Origin: an uncultured Rikenellaceae bacterium
Lineage (GTDB): Bacteria; Bacteroidota; Bacteroidia; Bacteroidales; VadinHA17
Assembly (NCBI GenBank): GCA_964555805.1
Contig: CAZKTX010000002.1
Location: 1 to 52,392, forward strand
DNA length: 52,392 bases
Direction of reading: 5' to 3'
Below the pieces are notes generated by a model that saw only the letters and a program-made list of their open reading frames with translations, had not been told where the DNA came from and did not search any database. Made by a program: the position numbers and the translations under genes. The number at the start of each line of letters is the position of its first letter. The stretch's first letter is position 1. Below, one piece after another: positions 20,948 through 31,588 of the stretch.

Positions 20948-22276
20948 CTACTGATAATACTCCATAATCCTTCCGGAAATAAGCATAAGGGATATTTCCG
21001 CCAGCTTGGCCTGATACTCGACAGAAAGCAGGCTTTCGCGGGCGTCAAGAAGGCTCTTCTGAACTTCCCTCAGATCTATTCCCGACAAACTTCCAAGTTT
21101 GTACCTTTCCATTGCGATATCGAGGTTCTCGCTTGCCGTCTGCAGGTTCTGGTTCTCGAGTGTAATCAGTCTGAGGTAATTGCTGTAAGCGCTGTAAAGA
21201 GTTATAAGGTCGGCTTTCACACCCTGTTCAATCTCCTGATACCGCAGTTTCCTGTTCTGTATTTCAATATCAGCGTTTTTTATGCTCCTCCTCTGGTTAA
21301 GGCCGTCGAAAATGTTCATGCCAAGAGTTAGTCCGTAGTTCATTCCATTTGTATTCTGGCGGTCCATTGTCCCTGCCGAATAATTGTTCAGGGTAGTCGT
21401 GTATCCGGAGGATGCATTAAGATACGGATAGCTTCTTGACGCTACAAGTTTTCTGTCAAACTCCGATATCGTTTTGTTTTTCAAGGCAATCAGCAGGCTT
21501 GTATTTTTTGCCAGTGTTTCGTCGAGAAGCTTCTCGAAAAGAAGTTCGGGATTTACGGAGATAGTAGTGTCCGCCGTGGAAAACAGCTGACTCAGGTCCT
21601 CAACGGCCATCAGCTCATTCAGGCGGATCTGGGCAGCCCTGACCACCTCAGTCTGACGCGAAAGTCTGGAACTGTCAGCATTGAGATACACCCTCGATTG
21701 CAATACCTGGAGTTTTGAGCTGGATCCAAGAAGATAGCGGTCCTCGTCAATCCTGAGTCGTTCTTTTGAAAGTACGACGGCATACTGAAGATTTTTTTGG
21801 AGCATTGTCTGCTCAATATAATTGTAGTATGCTGAAATTATACCTGACACAAGATTTTCAACTGCGAACTGAGTGTTAAGTTCACCCATCTGTTTCAGTT
21901 CGTTGAGCTTTTTATATGTGGTCTGAACATTGAAACCGTTGAAGATTGTCATTCCTATCGAAAGACCTGCATTTGCAGTTGCTGTGTGTTCTCCGTTTGA
22001 CTCTGTTTCGGTTCCGTCGGTGAAGTTTCTCCTTGTGCTGTTAATGTTTCCGCCATATCTGCCTGACAGGTCGAGAGAAGGAAGAAATCCGGCATTTCCA
22101 AGGGTGAAGTTGTTGTTTGCCACTTCCTCACTGTTTTTCGATATCAGCAGTGAGTAATTTTTTTCCAGTCCGATACTTATGCATTCATTAAGGTCGTATA
22201 TGACCTGGGAATGGGAATTTATGCTGACTGCCAGGAACAGCAGGCTAGGCAACAGCAGTCTTAGTTTCATCATCAT
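20948..22276 (-). CDS. TolC-family outer-membrane efflux protein
   Basis: The likely start is MMMKLRLLLPSLLFLAVSINSHSQ (signal peptide). The two repeated alpha/beta halves are typical of OEP/TolC. The start overlaps the 3' end of the RND gene, consistent with an operon. Confidence 0.85.
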   Translation of the reverse strand: MMMKLRLLLPSLLFLAVSINSHSQVIYDLNECISIGLEKNYSLLISKNSEEVANNNFTLGNAGFLPSLDLSGRYGGNINSTRRNFTDGTETESNGEHTATANAGLSIGMTIFNGFNVQTTYKKLNELKQMGELNTQFAVENLVSGIISAYYNYIEQTMLQKNLQYAVVLSKERLRIDEDRYLLGSSSKLQVLQSRVYLNADSSRLSRQTEVVRAAQIRLNELMAVEDLSQLFSTADTTISVNPELLFEKLLDETLAKNTSLLIALKNKTISEFDRKLVASRSYPYLNASSGYTTTLNNYSAGTMDRQNTNGMNYGLTLGMNIFDGLNQRRSIKNADIEIQNRKLRYQEIEQGVKADLITLYSAYSNYLRLITLENQNLQTASENLDIAMERYKLGSLSGIDLREVQKSLLDARESLLSVEYQAKLAEISLMLISGRIMEYYQ

Positions 22277-25200
22277 TATTTTTTGGTTCACTTGAGATGT
22301 AAGTATAAATGGCGGGCACCACGAAGAGTGTAAGGAAAGTTGAGAACAACATTCCTCCCACAACTGTAATACCCATAGCTACACGGCTTTGGGCGCCTTC
22401 GCCCAGTCCGAGAGCCAAAGGCAGAAGCCCGAAGATTGTTGCAAGGCTTGTCATAAGGATCGGCCGGAACCTGGAGGCAGATGCGCTCTTTATTGCATCC
22501 ACCTTGTTAAGGCCTGCAGCCTTTCTCTGGTTTGCGAATTCAACAAGCAATATTCCGTTCTTTGATACAAGCCCGATCAGCATTATAAGCCCGATCTGGC
22601 TGAAGATGTTCATTGTGACATCAAAATACCACATGAAAATAAGGGCTCCGGTAAGGGCAAGCGGAACTGTCATCATAACTATGAACGGATCCTTGAAGCT
22701 TTCAAACTGAGCGGCAAGTACAAGGAATATGAGTACGAGGGCAAGCATGAAAGCGAACATAAGGCTGGAGGAGCTTTCAAGATAATCCTTTGAATCGCCG
22801 TCAAGCGCCGTTCTGAATGAATCATCTAGCACCTCATCCGCTATCCTGTCCATTTCTGCTATCCCTTCACTTATTGTTTTACCCGGGACCAATCCTGCTG
22901 AAACAGTTGCTGCAACGAACCTGTTGTAACGGTACAGCTGGGGAGGTGCAGTTTCTTCCGACAGGGTAACCAGGTTGTCGAACTGGATCATTTCTCCCTT
23001 ATTGCTTCTTACATACAACGATTTAAGGTCAAGGGGCTTGTTTCTGTTTTCACGTGCGAGTTCACCAAGTATCTGGTATTGCTTGCCGTTCATGAAGAAG
23101 TAACCGAATCTCTGACCGCTGAGAGCAAGCTGCAGGGTCTGACCTATGTTTTGTGTTGAAACGCCGAGTGTAATCGCTTTTTCCCTGTTTATGTGAATCC
23201 TTAGTTCAGGCTTTGTGAATTTAAGATTCACATCAGCCATTTGAAGAATCTCGCTCTCATTGACTTTGTTCATGAAAGGAGGGATTACTTCCCTCAGCTT
23301 TTCTATGTCGGTTGCCTGCAGGACATACTGCACCGGCATACCCATTCGCCTCTGTCCGAATGTTGACTGCTGCTGAACAAATGCTCTTGCCTTTGTTTTG
23401 CTCCTCACATCAACGGAAAGCTGGTCAGCAATTTCCTGCTGCGACCGGCTTCTTTCATCAGGAGTTACAAGGTTGATCCTTATATTTGCAAATGTACCAC
23501 CCCGCACCATAGTTGTATAGGAGATTCGCTCCGGGACTTTTTCTTCAACAAGCTCAGCAAGGTCATCCACATAGGCAAGCATATATTCATACGTGGCACC
23601 TTCCATTGCAGAAGTGTTTATAGTAATCTGCGATCTGTCTTCAAGTGGAGCCATTTCGCCCGGAATAGAAAACCAGAGTAATCCAATCAGGCCAATTGAT
23701 ACTACAAGGATAACAAGTGCAAATCTGCGGTTTTTAAGGAAAGAATCCAGATTTCTTCTGTACCAGTCATTCATCCCGACGAAAAACGGCTCGGTCTTCC
23801 TGAAAATCCAGGTGTGGCTCTTTTCCTGACGCAGGAGCTTTGTGGAAACCATTGGTGTAAGCGAAAGAGCGAGGAAGGCCGAAATTGTTACTGTTCCGGC
23901 CATCACCATTCCGAACTCCCTGAATAACCGGCCGGTGATTCCCTCCAGGAAGATGATCGGGAAAAACACCGAAACCAGGGTTATTGTTGTAGAGATAATT
24001 GCAAAATATATCTCTTTTGAACCCGCTAACCCTGCTTCCATGGGAGGTATCCCCGATTCCACCTTTACGAATATATTCTCCATTACAACAATTGCGTCAT
24101 CCACGACGATCCCGATTGCAAGAACGAGAGCCAGCAGTGTAAGGACATTTATTGTGAAACCAGCCAGATACATTATGAAAAATGATCCGACCAATGAAAC
24201 CGGGATAACCAGAATAGGTATTATAGTAGCCCTCCAGCTCCTTAGGAAAAAGTATATAATAACAACCACGAGTGCGAAAGCAATAAAAATCGTATCCTCA
24301 ACCTCTTTAATTGAGGAGCGGATATATGCTGTGTTGTCGTAGTTCACATTAACCCGGACGTCATCGGGGAGGTCCTTTTTAATATATTCAAGACGCCTGA
24401 ATATCTCATCAACTATTTCTATATGATTAGATCCGGGCTGAGGTATGACGGCAATCATAGCCATTGGAACACCGTTGTTCTTCAGGATTCCCCTTATGTC
24501 TTCGGGACCGAGTTCGGCTCGTCCTATATCATTAAATCTGACGATCTGATCTCCGGTCTGCTTGATAATGAGATCGTTGAATTGTTTTGGTGTTGTCAGC
24601 AGTCCCAGCGTCCTGATTGTAAGCTGGGTTGTTGTTCCCTCGATGCTTCCTGATGGCAGTTCCACATTCTCACGCGATATGGCATCTCTGACATCCATGG
24701 GTGTAAGTCCGTACCCTGCCAGTTTCACAGGATCGATCCACAACCGCATAGAGTAGCGCTTTTCACCGAATATGTTTATTGCACTGACACCCGAAACAGT
24801 CTGGAGTTGTTCTTTTAGAGTCAGGTCGGCAATTTCGGAAAGCTGAAGAAGCGATCGCTTGTTGCTTTCAACAGTCAGGAAAAGAATTGGATTTGCATCT
24901 GCATCAGCCTTTGTCACTGTAGGAGGGTCACAGTCGCGAGGCAACCTTCTCTGAGCCTGTGAGACCTTGTCCCTAACATCATTTGCAGCAGTTTCCAGAT
25001 CGACAGAAAGTTCAAATTCAACTGTGATCCTGCTCGATCCCTGGCTGCTTACGCTTGTAAGGGTACGAACACCGGGGATACCGTTTATAGATTGCTCGAG
25101 TGGTTCCGTTATCTGTGTTTCAATAACATCTGAATTTGCTCCCGGATATGATGTATTGACAGATATTATAGCCGGGTCAACGCTTGGAAATTCGCGAATG

Positions 25201-25298
25201 CCAAGAAATGATACGCCTACTACTCCGAACAGGACAATCACAATTGCAAATACTGTTGCAAGAACCGGCCGGTTTATACTTGTCGATGATAGACTCAT
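22245..25298 (-). CDS. RND multidrug efflux permease (AcrB/HAE1 family)
   Basis: 1017 aa. The N-terminus MSLSSTSINRPVLATVFAIVIVLFG is followed by 12 TM segments and two large periplasmic loops. Confidence 0.95.
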   Translation of the reverse strand: MSLSSTSINRPVLATVFAIVIVLFGVVGVSFLGIREFPSVDPAIISVNTSYPGANSDVIETQITEPLEQSINGIPGVRTLTSVSSQGSSRITVEFELSVDLETAANDVRDKVSQAQRRLPRDCDPPTVTKADADANPILFLTVESNKRSLLQLSEIADLTLKEQLQTVSGVSAINIFGEKRYSMRLWIDPVKLAGYGLTPMDVRDAISRENVELPSGSIEGTTTQLTIRTLGLLTTPKQFNDLIIKQTGDQIVRFNDIGRAELGPEDIRGILKNNGVPMAMIAVIPQPGSNHIEIVDEIFRRLEYIKKDLPDDVRVNVNYDNTAYIRSSIKEVEDTIFIAFALVVVIIYFFLRSWRATIIPILVIPVSLVGSFFIMYLAGFTINVLTLLALVLAIGIVVDDAIVVMENIFVKVESGIPPMEAGLAGSKEIYFAIISTTITLVSVFFPIIFLEGITGRLFREFGMVMAGTVTISAFLALSLTPMVSTKLLRQEKSHTWIFRKTEPFFVGMNDWYRRNLDSFLKNRRFALVILVVSIGLIGLLWFSIPGEMAPLEDRSQITINTSAMEGATYEYMLAYVDDLAELVEEKVPERISYTTMVRGGTFANIRINLVTPDERSRSQQEIADQLSVDVRSKTKARAFVQQQSTFGQRRMGMPVQYVLQATDIEKLREVIPPFMNKVNESEILQMADVNLKFTKPELRIHINREKAITLGVSTQNIGQTLQLALSGQRFGYFFMNGKQYQILGELARENRNKPLDLKSLYVRSNKGEMIQFDNLVTLSEETAPPQLYRYNRFVAATVSAGLVPGKTISEGIAEMDRIADEVLDDSFRTALDGDSKDYLESSSSLMFAFMLALVLIFLVLAAQFESFKDPFIVMMTVPLALTGALIFMWYFDVTMNIFSQIGLIMLIGLVSKNGILLVEFANQRKAAGLNKVDAIKSASASRFRPILMTSLATIFGLLPLALGLGEGAQSRVAMGITVVGGMLFSTFLTLFVVPAIYTYISSEPKNNDDETKTAVA

Positions 25299-25316
25299 TA
25301 TTTAATTAAGTTTGTT

Positions 25317-26423
25317 TTAATTTTTAACAAGGGTGTCCAGCACTACAGGAAGGTTTTGCCTCAACTGAAGAATTCCTGAAGTAATAAGCGTATCACCGAA
25401 ATTAAGGCCGCTTGTGATCTGAACCTGAGATTCTGTTCTGAGTCCGATGCCCACCTTAATAACTTGTGCCTTGCCATTTCTGTAAACGTAAACCATTTCT
25501 CCCTCCATCTCAGGAGTTATCGCCTCTGTCGGTACAGAAATTGCATTTTCTATCTGTGAGAGAAGAAGTGTAACCGATGTGAAACGCCCTGGCTTCAGTT
25601 CCTCATTATTGTTCGGGTAAAGAGCACGGATTACAATTGTTCGTGTTGCTACATCCACCTGGGGATCGACAGCATAAACTTTCGCATTGTAAATATCATT
25701 TGAACCGTCCATGCTAAAAGTCACGGGATAGCCGATTTTGATCTGATTTGCATATCGTTCGGGAATTGCGAATTCAATTTTTATAGGCTTTATCTTTACA
25801 AGCCGTGCGATTTTTGTCGAGGGATTTGTATAACTGCCTTCACTTACATACCTGAGGCCAATTATACCATCAAACGGAGCACGAAGTTCAGTTTCTGATA
25901 TTCTGGCACCAACAAGGTTTATATCAGCCTGAATTGTCTGAAGCTCGGTTACAATCTGGTCATAACTTTCCTTGCTTATTGCGTCCTTGTCGAGGAGGCT
26001 GCGCTGCCTGAATTCCTTTTCCTCTGTAAGTTTCTTCTGAGCCTGCAGCTTTTCGAGCTGAGCCTGAAGGGGTCTGTCATTTATTTTTGCAAGAAGATCG
26101 CCTTTCCTGACCCGGGTACCTTCAGTAAAATTGATTCCCACAATCTTCCCTGATGTTTCAAATGCGAGTTCTACAGTCTCGTCAGGTTTTAATGTACCCG
26201 TGCTGACATAAAGGTCGCTCATCTGCTGAGGTTTTATAAGGTAGCCGCTTACGTTAAGAACTTGCCGCCCTGACCCTCCGGGCCTTCCTCCTGCAGTCAT
26301 TCCCGGTCCGGCAGGACCACCTGACTTAGATGAAAAGATTGGCTTTATTTTAGGGTAAAATACAATAACTGCGGCCACAATGATAAGCAGAATTGTTATG
26401 ATCAGTCTGTTTTTTTTCTTCAT
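25317..26423 (-). CDS. RND efflux periplasmic adaptor (membrane fusion protein)
   Basis: 368 aa with an N-terminal anchor, a lipoyl/hairpin region (GDLLAKINDRPLQAQLEKLQAQ) and a beta-barrel. It is the first gene of the MFP-RND-OMP operon. Confidence 0.9.
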   Translation of the reverse strand: MKKKNRLIITILLIIVAAVIVFYPKIKPIFSSKSGGPAGPGMTAGGRPGGSGRQVLNVSGYLIKPQQMSDLYVSTGTLKPDETVELAFETSGKIVGINFTEGTRVRKGDLLAKINDRPLQAQLEKLQAQKKLTEEKEFRQRSLLDKDAISKESYDQIVTELQTIQADINLVGARISETELRAPFDGIIGLRYVSEGSYTNPSTKIARLVKIKPIKIEFAIPERYANQIKIGYPVTFSMDGSNDIYNAKVYAVDPQVDVATRTIVIRALYPNNNEELKPGRFTSVTLLLSQIENAISVPTEAITPEMEGEMVYVYRNGKAQVIKVGIGLRTESQVQITSGLNFGDTLITSGILQLRQNLPVVLDTLVKN

Positions 26424-26707
26424 ACCGGTCTGTACTAATAATAATTACTGTTGATTTGAGAACGTGCATGAACCACAAATGTTCACTCCTGATTCCTTTT
26501 TTTCGAAACCAACACAAAAGTAGATTATTTCACGTTCATTAAACATCATGCGATTTCTAAAATATGTTAAAACAAAGGTCACGCAATTTCAAGTGTTACT
26601 AAAATGTAAATATTCACTAAAGCATATCCGGAATTTAATGTTTCTTGATATTTTCGCAGATGCTTTCCGTGAAGGTACGGACTGCTAAATCACAACCACC
26701 TAATATT

Positions 26708-27175
26708 ATGATACAGAGAATACAGTCTTTATACCTGTTATTGACATCCATCGCGTCAGGATTATTCCTTTCCGGGCACTTTTTAAGCTTTTTTAATGAT
26801 TCGGGCTCCGGGATATTCATGAATTACAGGGGAATATGGATGGAGGGGGCCGGAGGTTCACTGCAAATTCAGGAAAGTCAGATAATCATTCCTGTTGTGG
26901 TTTTACTTATAATCATTCTCTCGCTAATTGCCATCTTTCTTTACAAAAACAGGAAAATTCAGATTAAGTTTGCTCTTGCGGCAGTTGTTCTTTCAGTTGC
27001 CTTAACAGCCCTGACAGCATGGTTTGCTTATTCGGCAGGGGAGAAGTATCAGGCAGTTCTGAATCCGGGTATCCGTACATTCCTTCCGCTTTTGATCCTG
27101 CTTTTCAGTATTCTTGCATTGCTGGGTATAAGAAAGGATGAAAACCTTGTCAGGTCATACGACAGACTCAGATAA
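26708..27175 (+). CDS. DUF4293-family membrane protein
   Basis: The start MIQRIQSLYLLL is typical of the family, and four TM segments follow. The ORF-track start at 26645 is a likely over-extension. Confidence 0.55.
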   Translation: MIQRIQSLYLLLTSIASGLFLSGHFLSFFNDSGSGIFMNYRGIWMEGAGGSLQIQESQIIIPVVVLLIIILSLIAIFLYKNRKIQIKFALAAVVLSVALTALTAWFAYSAGEKYQAVLNPGIRTFLPLLILLFSILALLGIRKDENLVRSYDRLR

Positions 27176-27199
27176 AAATCGCCGGAAGGTATTTAAGGA

Positions 27200-27658
27200 T
27201 CAGATTATATGAAGATTCTCCTGGTCGGTTATCTTTTCACAATAATGGCATTTAAGAGCCACGCTTTTCTTTGATACAACCCTGAAGCGGGTTGTAACCC
27301 GTTCAAAGTTGGTTATGCATTTGGGATTCATGCATTTTGCAATCCCGACAATTTCATCAGGTACTTCTACAACCTTTTTTTCAACAACTTCATAGTCCCT
27401 TATTATGTTAAGCTTTGCATCGGGAGCAACAAGGGCTATCCTGTTTATGTCGGTGTCCTCAAAGTACTTCCCGGATATCTTTATAATTGCTTTTTTGCCC
27501 AGTTTCTTGCTTTCGAGGTTTGTTCCGAAAGTGATCTGGCTGTCGATGTGGTCGAGTCCAAGGATTGAAATGACCTTAAAAAGATTCTTTGCCGGAATAT
27601 GGTCAATGACGGTCCCGTTTTCAATAGCGCTTACGCTGAGTTGTTTTGGTTCTTTCAT
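27200..27658 (-). CDS. pyrI: Aspartate carbamoyltransferase regulatory subunit
   Basis: 152 aa. [16 protein letters not shown] is present, together with a C-terminal zinc cluster CxxxxC...CxxC (CMNPKC...CHYC). Confidence 0.9.
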   Translation of the reverse strand: MKEPKQLSVSAIENGTVIDHIPAKNLFKVISILGLDHIDSQITFGTNLESKKLGKKAIIKISGKYFEDTDINRIALVAPDAKLNIIRDYEVVEKKVVEVPDEIVGIAKCMNPKCITNFERVTTRFRVVSKKSVALKCHYCEKITDQENLHII

Positions 27659-27671
27659 TTCTGCCTACGGA

Positions 27672-28580
27672 TTATTTAATTCCTAACAGTGAACATAATA
27701 TTGCCTGCCGGGTAAAGACCCCGTTCAGTGCCTGCTCAAAATAGTAGGCCTTCGGGTTTGAATCAACATCAGTATGTATCTCGTTCACCCTTGGGAGCGG
27801 ATGCAGTATCCTCATGTTTGGCTTTGTATTGGCAAGCATTGCGTTTTTCAGGACGTATACATTTTTAACTTTTTCATATTCAATGGGGTCAGAGAACCTT
27901 TCCCTCTGTACTCTTGTCATGTAAATTATATCAGCCCTTGAAATAATATCTGTAAAATCGAGGTGTTCATAGTATTTAAGACCAAGATTATCGAGGTACA
28001 GTTTGAATTCTTCAGGCATCTTGAGTTCTTCCGGAGAAATGAAGTTAAAAGTAGTGTTCCACCTCGACATTGCCATCATGAGCGAATGAACTGTCCTGCC
28101 GTACTTGAGGTCACCCACCATGAATACATTAAGGTTGTCGAGTGTCCCCTGCGTTTTCCTTATCGAATAGAGATCAAGCAATGTCTGGGTGGGATGTTGA
28201 TTTGCACCGTCACCTGCATTGATTACAGGTACTGAAGAAATTTCGCTTGCAAATCTTGCACTGCCCTCGATCGGGTGTCTCATTACTATAAGATCGCTGT
28301 AACTGCTTACCATCCTGATTGTATCATAAAGGGTTTCTCCCTTGGAGACGCTTGTTGCGCTCGCATCAGTGAATCCCACAATCTTTCCTCCCAGTTTGTT
28401 AATGGCGCTTTCGAAACTGAGCCTGGTTCTGGTTGACGGCTCAAAAAAGAGAGTTGCTATCACCCTGCCTTCGAGAAGCTTGCTTACAGGGTTCTTTTCG
28501 AATTCAACAGCATTGTCAAGGATTTTCAGGATCTCCTCGGTGTTTAAATCATCTATGGAAACCAAACTTCTGTTTTTCAT
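27672..28580 (-). CDS. pyrB: Aspartate carbamoyltransferase catalytic subunit
   Basis: 302 aa with the STRTR carbamoyl-phosphate motif ([11 protein letters not shown]), HPTQ and HPLPR. Confidence 0.95.
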   Translation of the reverse strand: MKNRSLVSIDDLNTEEILKILDNAVEFEKNPVSKLLEGRVIATLFFEPSTRTRLSFESAINKLGGKIVGFTDASATSVSKGETLYDTIRMVSSYSDLIVMRHPIEGSARFASEISSVPVINAGDGANQHPTQTLLDLYSIRKTQGTLDNLNVFMVGDLKYGRTVHSLMMAMSRWNTTFNFISPEELKMPEEFKLYLDNLGLKYYEHLDFTDIISRADIIYMTRVQRERFSDPIEYEKVKNVYVLKNAMLANTKPNMRILHPLPRVNEIHTDVDSNPKAYYFEQALNGVFTRQAILCSLLGIK

Positions 28581-28692
28581 TGCTTTGGCTGATTATGGAG
28601 TATGTGATATGCCTGAAACAAATTTATTCAAGAAGAGCCTTGGGAAGGATGCGTGTTGATAATTAACTAACAACTTTCAGATCTGCAATTTA

Positions 28693-29304
28693 TCAGAAAG
28701 TGCCTCTGTTGACATACTTCAGATTGTCAATTCTGTCGAGCGCTGAAAGTATTCTTTCACCCGATGAACGCCTGAAACTTATCGTCATACTGCATTCCAG
28801 AGCAAAAAACTGATCCGACTGACAGACTTCTTCTTCCTTTATTAACTTCATTACATTGTTTATTGAAGAGTAGGGAAAGCTTAGTTCATAATGATCCAGA
28901 ACATGATGCTCAAGTATTTCATTGTTAATCAGGCAGGATTCGGCTGCCGTCCTGTAGGCATTGATCAATCCGCTGACTCCGAGAAGTTTGCCTCCGAAGT
29001 ATCTTACAACAACAATTAGAATATTGGTTACCTGAAAGGCATTTATTTGTCCCAGGATAGGTTTCCCTGCACTGCCTGAGGGTTCTCCGTCATCATTAGC
29101 CCTGTAACTGCTCCTTTCGTGCCCGAGCATCCAGGCATAGCAATGATGCCTTGCGGAGTGGTGTTCCTTTTTTACCTGTGCGAGAATGCTTTTTATTTCT
29201 TCCTGATCCGAAACAGGGTAAGCCAGTGAAATGAACCGGCTTCCTTTTTCCTTATAGAGGCCTTCTGAAAATGATTTGATGGTGAGGTATGTATCCGGTT
29301 CCAT
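28693..29304 (-). CDS. yigZ: YigZ / IMPACT family protein (UPF0029)
   Basis: 203 aa. KGSRFI...HHCYAW...DDGEPSGSAGKPIL are the hallmark motifs. Confidence 0.8.
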   Translation of the reverse strand: MEPDTYLTIKSFSEGLYKEKGSRFISLAYPVSDQEEIKSILAQVKKEHHSARHHCYAWMLGHERSSYRANDDGEPSGSAGKPILGQINAFQVTNILIVVVRYFGGKLLGVSGLINAYRTAAESCLINNEILEHHVLDHYELSFPYSSINNVMKLIKEEEVCQSDQFFALECSMTISFRRSSGERILSALDRIDNLKYVNRGTF

Positions 29305-29423
29305 GAATGAAATAAAGCTGACGAACTTCCGTTCATACTACAGTGCAATATTAGCCATATTATGTCAGTAAGGTTTCCGGGTAATACGAAAAATGATACT
29401 TTTGTTTAAAAAAGAAATCAGAG

Positions 29424-29807
29424 ATGGGCGTGTTACTGGATGAAAAAGACCTTGGCAAACTGATAGTTATAGGCGACAGGATACTGATAAAACCAAAGGT
29501 TCCGCAGTCCAAGACGAAGAGCGGATTGTATCTGCCTCCTGGTGTCAATGAGAATGAAAAAGTTCAGATAGGCTATGTTGTCAAGGTGGGGCCGGGTTAT
29601 CCGATACCTTCGGTAACCGATGCCGATGAACCATGGAAAGGCAGAACAGAGGAACCAAAATATGTTCCCCTTCAGCCCAAAGAGGGTGATCAGGCAGTCT
29701 ACCTTCAGAACAGCGCCATTGAAATAGAGTTCAATAAGGAGAAATATATAGTCGTTCCGCAGTCGGCAATTCTTCTGCTTTTAAGGGATGACGGACTTTT
29801 TGAATAA
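29424..29807 (+). CDS. GroES (Cpn10)-like family protein, long form
   Basis: 127 aa. IGDRILIKP...SGLYLP...GYVVKVGPG...EGDQAVY matches the Cpn10 fold pattern with an insertion. Confidence 0.55.
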   Translation: MGVLLDEKDLGKLIVIGDRILIKPKVPQSKTKSGLYLPPGVNENEKVQIGYVVKVGPGYPIPSVTDADEPWKGRTEEPKYVPLQPKEGDQAVYLQNSAIEIEFNKEKYIVVPQSAILLLLRDDGLFE

Positions 29808-29817
29808 AAACGGTCAA

Positions 29818-30204
29818 ATGGAAAATGAATACCTGAGTAAGAAAAAAATTCTGATTGTAGAGGATGACGTATCAAGCCGGCTCTACCTCAATAAAATTCT
29901 GGAAAAGACCGGTGCATCTCTTTTAAGCGCCTGTGATGGAAAAGAAGCTATTGAGACCGCCATGGCCAATCCAGATATCGACATAATACTTATGGATATT
30001 CAGCTACCCCTGATCGACGGCTACGGGGCAGCAAAGGTAATCAGGGAACTTAGAAAGGATGTAATTATAATAGCCCAGACCGCCTACAGCCTTCTTGGCG
30101 ACCGCGAGAAGATAATTGCCTCAGGATTTGATGATTATGTGGTCAAACCGATATTTCCCCAGACACTGATCGAGAAGCTGACAAAGTTTTCAGGGAAAAT
30201 CTGA
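29818..30204 (+). CDS. Stand-alone response-regulator receiver domain (CheY-like)
   Basis: KKILIVEDD...ILMDIQLP...AQTAY...KP carries the receiver Asp/Lys positions. The ORF-track start at 29788 overlaps the upstream gene, so ATG 29818 (MENEY) is the more plausible start. Confidence 0.8.
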   Translation: MENEYLSKKKILIVEDDVSSRLYLNKILEKTGASLLSACDGKEAIETAMANPDIDIILMDIQLPLIDGYGAAKVIRELRKDVIIIAQTAYSLLGDREKIIASGFDDYVVKPIFPQTLIEKLTKFSGKI

Positions 30205-30221
30205 CTTCAGATAAATGCAAT

Positions 30222-31397
30222 TTACTCAGGATAAGCAGACAGCTGCCTGAATTCATATTCAAACTGTTCAATCTCACCCTTCCATCTTTCCCTCTCAATC
30301 CTCGCCGGAATAAAGTTAAGCAGGGAATTTCTCATAACTGAGTCACCTGACAGTATGTCAAAAGGCATCAGTCTGTATTCATACTCATAGGGTGGTTCGT
30401 TGAATTTCAGTGATCCTTCAGGAGAAGTCTCAATTATTGCAGAGAAAACCTCGTAGGCAGTCAATACAGGTAAAAAGACTGCCGGATCAGTAACATGTAT
30501 CTGGAGCCCGTTGCATACCTGACCGGCATATTTGTTAAATGTAGGAATGAAATTATGTGTTCTGAATATGCATCCCGGAATCCTTCTGCCGTCAAGGTTG
30601 ATCTTCAGTTTCTCTGAATCAATAAACGGAGCTCCTGATAATTCAAAAGGTATTGTAGTTCCTCTTCCTTCAGAGATATTAAGCGCTTCTGCCAAAACCA
30701 TACCCGGATAAACGATTGCTGTCCTGAGGGTTGGCATATTGGGTGAAGGAAGTATCCATGGCAAACCAGTCTGATCGAACAATGACTGTCTTCTCCAGTT
30801 CTTCATCCAGACTATATTAAGGGAGCAGTTAATGTTGTGTTTTTCCCTGATCCATAAAGCCATTTCACCGAGTGTCATCCTGTGGCAGAGAGGAATTGAA
30901 GCGCCGCCGACGAACGTGAAGTAGTCTTCCTTAAGCACCGGGCCGTCGAACTGAATCATGCCAATCGGGTTTGGCCTGTCAAGTATCCATATCGGTATCC
31001 CAGCTTTGGCACATGCCTCCATACAAAGCTTTACTGTCCAGATATAAGTGTACAGACGCGCTCCCACGTCCTGTAGATCAATTACAAACGCGTCAATACC
31101 GGCAAGCATTTCTGAAGTGGGCTTTCTGTGCTCACCGTACAGGCTGTGAACAGGAATTCCATAAAGGGGATGAACCGAACTGCTCCATTCTATCATATTG
31201 TCCTGTGTCTGTCCGTAAAGTCCGTGCTGGGGACCCAACACTGCTCCAAGGGTGGAGTCGGTCTTCTTGTGAAAAATAGTTATTATGTGAGTAAAGTCGG
31301 ATGCAACACTGGGAGCGTGGCAGAGTATTCCGACTCTTTTCCCGGCGAGTCCGCGGGGAGTATCATGCCTTATCTGGTCGAGTCCGGTTTGAATCAT
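30222..31397 (-). CDS. DUF1343 protein (exo-beta-N-acetylmuramidase NamZ-like)
   Basis: 391 aa. GILCHAPSV...GPQHG...FVIDLQDVGARLYTY...LDRPNPIG are DUF1343 family motifs. Confidence 0.8.
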   Translation of the reverse strand: MIQTGLDQIRHDTPRGLAGKRVGILCHAPSVASDFTHIITIFHKKTDSTLGAVLGPQHGLYGQTQDNMIEWSSSVHPLYGIPVHSLYGEHRKPTSEMLAGIDAFVIDLQDVGARLYTYIWTVKLCMEACAKAGIPIWILDRPNPIGMIQFDGPVLKEDYFTFVGGASIPLCHRMTLGEMALWIREKHNINCSLNIVWMKNWRRQSLFDQTGLPWILPSPNMPTLRTAIVYPGMVLAEALNISEGRGTTIPFELSGAPFIDSEKLKINLDGRRIPGCIFRTHNFIPTFNKYAGQVCNGLQIHVTDPAVFLPVLTAYEVFSAIIETSPEGSLKFNEPPYEYEYRLMPFDILSGDSVMRNSLLNFIPARIERERWKGEIEQFEYEFRQLSAYPE

Positions 31398-31588
31398 TGT
31401 ATAATTTTATTATGATGGGCTGATTTAACTATCTTTAACGGGTAACTCTATAATTGCCCTTTCAAAATTAAGCTAAAGTAAATATTCTTTTTTAAGTTTA
31501 TAACCTCGTTGTACTGATCTGCCTCCAGGCCTTATTTAAACCAGGGATCTCGTTACCTGTATGACATAAATGCTTTAAGAACAAATAA

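Noticed and set aside
22277-22363. N-terminal extension of the TolC-family ORF (MWEECCSQLSLHSSWCPP...)
   Set aside because: It is Cys/Trp-rich and lies inside the RND gene. The signal peptide MMMKLRLLL begins at 22276, which gives a normal operon overlap.
22309-25305. Several long plus-strand ORFs (133, 166 and 112 aa, among others) within the RND pump gene, with similar antisense ORFs inside the asmA-like gene (for example 6974-7480) and cutC (11983-12399)
   Set aside because: All are antisense shadows of strongly supported genes. They have Ser/Ile/Pro-rich low-complexity translations, which is the typical mirror-frame artefact.
29788-29817. Overlap of the receiver-domain ORF start with the GroES-like gene as evidence of translational coupling
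   Set aside because: An internal ATG at 29818 (MENEYLSKKKILIVEDD) gives a canonical receiver N-terminus without the overlap. The upstream extension is probably an ORF-calling artefact.
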